A DNA stretch of 64,000 nt from an uncultured Verrucomicrobiae bacterium (GTDB taxonomy: Bacteria; Verrucomicrobiota; Verrucomicrobiia; Chthoniobacterales; UBA10450), in contig CAWDGJ010000002.1 of NCBI GenBank assembly GCA_963801815.1, positions 32,001 to 96,000 of the forward strand, in the 5' to 3' direction. The notes below the pieces were generated by a model. It made no database searches, was not told the DNA's origin, and saw only the letters and a list, made by a program, of their open reading frames with translations. A program made the translations under genes and the position numbers. The first letter of the stretch is position 1, and each line of letters starts with the position of its first letter. Shown here in pieces: positions 61,676 through 64,000 of the stretch.

Positions 61676-61822
61676 TTAGCGTCGTTTAAAGTATTGCACC
61701 GCTTTTTCGTGTTTCTTCGCGGCGGCCCTGGTTTTAAATGTGCCGAGGTTTCTTCGCTTCCCGGTCTTCGGATTTTTCTCGCGCGAATAAAGCCGGTAAC
61801 CGCCCTTAATTTTCCGGACCAT
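61676..61822 (-). CDS. Small basic 48-aa protein, AP2/Arm-like
   Basis: Manual translation MVRKIKGGYRLYSREKNPKTGKRRNLGTFKTRAAAKKHEKAVQYFKRR; fills the gap between the MauE-like and GNAT genes. Confidence 0.75.
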   Translation of the reverse strand: MVRKIKGGYRLYSREKNPKTGKRRNLGTFKTRAAAKKHEKAVQYFKRR

Positions 61823-62237
61823 GACGTGCTCCCTGGATTAGTTCGATCCAGAGCAGAACGACGAGTGCAAAAAAAATTGGGAGATCGATCGCCATATGTT
61901 GCGCGAAGCTCCAATGCTGGCTGGCGTGACCAAAACATCCGCAGGTAATATCGAGCCCACGTGTTTTGGCCGCCACGGTCGCGCCGATGAAAACCAGGAT
62001 GAGCACCGTCAGGATCGACAATCCGCCACGGTAGAGAAAATGAAAAATCAGCGCGAGTCCGCACAAGATTTCAAGCCACGGCAGAAAAAATGCGAACCGT
62101 ACGCTTATGAACCACGGCAGGATTTTAAAATTGTCGATGTCCAATCCGAACTGGACGGGGTCGAGCGCCTTGAGCACGCCGGCGTAAACAAAAATTCCGC
62201 CCGCGATTAGATCTAAGATCCGCCACGCAAACTTCAT
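61806..62237 (-). CDS. MauE/DoxX-family membrane protein
   Basis: GIFVYAGVLK, LPWLE, RGLDITCGCFG. Confidence 0.88.
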   Translation of the reverse strand: MKFAWRILDLIAGGIFVYAGVLKALDPVQFGLDIDNFKILPWFISVRFAFFLPWLEILCGLALIFHFLYRGGLSILTVLILVFIGATVAAKTRGLDITCGCFGHASQHWSFAQHMAIDLPIFFALVVLLWIELIQGARHGPEN

Positions 62238-62241
62238 GTTT

Positions 62242-62273
62242 TCAACGGCTCAACTCCTCAACATCTCAACGAT
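62242..62273. repeat. Tandem octamers TCAACnnn x4
   Basis: tcaacggc tcaactcc tcaacatc tcaacgat; the last unit contains the rhodanese stop codon. Confidence 0.65.
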
Positions 62274-62694
62274 TCTTCTTCACCCATTCTTCCCAGCCAC
62301 CTTGCAGAACAAAAACATCCTTGAGCTCCACTTCATCGCGCAGGCGTTTCGCCACGTCGCGCGCCGCGTTACAACTTTCGGCGCTGCAATAGACGACCAC
62401 CTGTTTGTCGGGCGACCAGTTTGGAAGAAATTGCGCCAGTAAATCGTTCCAGTGGTCCTCGTTTAATGAAAACGCACCGGGAACGTGATCATGCGCAAAT
62501 TCGTCATCGGGCCGCGCGTCCACCCAGATTGCGCCCTCGCCCCAGGCGCGCGCTTGATCAACCGTGACCAGCTCCGATGCCGGAATCGGCGATTCCCAGG
62601 AAACTCTATCGCGAAAATAAAACCCCTGGCCGATCGCCGGCAAAAACGCGAGCGCGATCAGGATGAGCGCTTCGCCAACGGCGCGGAGTTTCAC
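62266..62694 (-). CDS. Membrane-anchored rhodanese-like protein
   Basis: WVDAR, HVPGA, VVYCSAESC, LQGGWEEW. Confidence 0.88.
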   Translation of the reverse strand: MKLRAVGEALILIALAFLPAIGQGFYFRDRVSWESPIPASELVTVDQARAWGEGAIWVDARPDDEFAHDHVPGAFSLNEDHWNDLLAQFLPNWSPDKQVVVYCSAESCNAARDVAKRLRDEVELKDVFVLQGGWEEWVKKNR

Positions 62695-62697
62695 CGA

Positions 62698-63459
62698 TCA
62701 GTGGCTAGCCGGCGATACCGACGGTATTGCAGCCGGGGTGACGGCCCTCGCTGGCGCACCGATTTGGGTGGTGGGCGCGCGCAACAGAGGAGGCGGCAGC
62801 GGATTGGTGATTTGTGCGTTCACGTAAAACGATTTCGGCGCTTCTTTCGGATAATCAGTCTGGAGTAACAGCGCCGTTCCCATTGGGTGGCTCGTGTCCT
62901 TCGGCGTGATCTCAAGCGTCCATTCGCCAGGCTTGCCCGGTTCCATCTTGGATTCGAAATTCTGACTGTTCGATTTAATCGTGATGTTCTTGACTGGAAA
63001 TTCCTTGGCCGCTTTGAGCGAAATCTTCTTTGTCTTCGGTTCCTCGCCGGTCCTCCAATAGACAAAGGTGGGTTTGATCTCCAGCCCCGGTGTGATGTTC
63101 GCCTTCAGCGTGAGAATCATCGTGGCCTGCGTCGGATTTGGATCGTCGGTCTGCACCGTCACCGTTTTCATTTGCTGGCCGGTACGATCGCCAATGTTAA
63201 ACGTCGCGACGACTTCGCCCTTTTCGCCGGGGTTCACTACTTCCTTCTGCGTCTGCGTCGTCGTGCAACCGCACGACGCCTTTACCGACTTAAAGTGGAC
63301 CGGCGTCGTGCCAACGTTTTCGTATTTAAAATGGGCAACCGCTTGTTTGTCGCCAGAGGATGGATGCAGCTCGATCGTGTCTTGCTCCCATTTCAATTCC
63401 GCGCGCGCGGCGACGGCGAGCAAGATCGACAACGTAAAAGTGAGAATGCTGGTTTTCAT
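62698..63459 (-). CDS. DUF1573-domain secreted protein
   Basis: Signal peptide; FKYENVG, KASCGCT, PGEKG. Confidence 0.82.
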   Translation of the reverse strand: MKTSILTFTLSILLAVAARAELKWEQDTIELHPSSGDKQAVAHFKYENVGTTPVHFKSVKASCGCTTTQTQKEVVNPGEKGEVVATFNIGDRTGQQMKTVTVQTDDPNPTQATMILTLKANITPGLEIKPTFVYWRTGEEPKTKKISLKAAKEFPVKNITIKSNSQNFESKMEPGKPGEWTLEITPKDTSHPMGTALLLQTDYPKEAPKSFYVNAQITNPLPPPLLRAPTTQIGAPARAVTPAAIPSVSPASH

Positions 63460-64000
63460 TTTTTCGAATAGGAGCGCTCAATATAATCAGCCACGGCGTC
63501 TCGCCAAGAGCGCGGTGCGATGCCGGTCAACGCCCGATATTTCGCGCCGGAGAGCACAGAATAAACCGGGCGGCGCGCAAGCCAGTTTGCTTGCCCGCCG
63601 GAGCTTTGGCGAAGGCGGGTCATATCGGTAAGTTTCAGTGCGGCGACGGTCTTCGCCTTTAGCGGTATGTCCATCTTGCTGCAACAATCGAGCGCGTGCT
63701 GAGCGTATTCCTGCCAGGTGCATTCGCCCGAATTCGTCAGATGCACAACGCCCGCGTCGACATCGAAAACCCGCGGCAGCATCTCCGCGATATCGGTCGT
63801 GTAGGTCGGCGTCGACCATTTATCGGCGATCGCTTCGATTTTCTCCTCTTGGCGCGCGCGTTGAATCATTGCGTCGATAAAACTGGGCCGGTCCGGCCCA
63901 AACACCCACGAAACCCGGATCACCAAATGGCGATCGCTGGTTTGGAGCACGAACTTTTCGCCGGCGCGTTTCGATTCGCCATAACAGTTGATCGGTTTGG
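63456..64000 (-). CDS. rfbD: dTDP-4-dehydrorhamnose reductase, C-terminal part (5' end outside the window)
   Basis: Frame open to the window end: PINCYGESK (YxxxK), RVSWVFG, PTY, ARRPVYSVL. Confidence 0.92.
   Translation of the reverse strand, partial: KPINCYGESKRAGEKFVLQTSDRHLVIRVSWVFGPDRPSFIDAMIQRARQEEKIEAIADKWSTPTYTTDIAEMLPRVFDVDAGVVHLTNSGECTWQEYAQHALDCCSKMDIPLKAKTVAALKLTDMTRLRQSSGGQANWLARRPVYSVLSGAKYRALTGIAPRSWRDAVADYIERSYSKK

Overview
Mostly core bacterial chromosome, inferred to be Verrucomicrobiota (Chthoniobacterales/Spartobacteria-like) from the lpxC-fabZ fusion, TIGR03790-like gene, ADOP permease, delta-60 protein and TPR protein. It carries a SlyA-like MarR/RND efflux operon, the nusA-infB-rbfA-nrnA-truB-ribF operon, an ECF sigma operon, tRNA-Gly-trpE-trpG, aroF, prmA, a tandem NDK, a GH57 branching enzyme, lpxC/fabZ-lpxA, recN, two pilT paralogs, creD, an ADOP permease, a PIG-O/G-like phosphoethanolamine transferase beside tRNA-Phe, guaA, two large secreted beta-propeller proteins, a GH63 glucosidase and a partial rfbD. 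No CRISPR array, integrase or transposase was seen. Best leads: (1) an identical ECF-type promoter (CTGAATCCAAAA-N12-GCATCTCA) before the ECF operon and before the ADOP permease 25 kb away, i.e. a candidate regulon; (2) the trpE ATG shares its A with the CCA end of tRNA-Gly; (3) REP-like palindromes and 7/8/9-mer arrays that sit in frame inside housekeeping genes or supply start/stop codons; (4) three small ORFs missing from the ORF track; (5) a His-less DHp-receiver protein and a pseudo-receiver flanking the pilT pair. Clustered frameshifts (about 4.1-5.8 kb, 23.0 kb, 26.8-28.3 kb) most likely reflect sequencing or assembly errors. All family calls come from motif recognition only; no database search was run.
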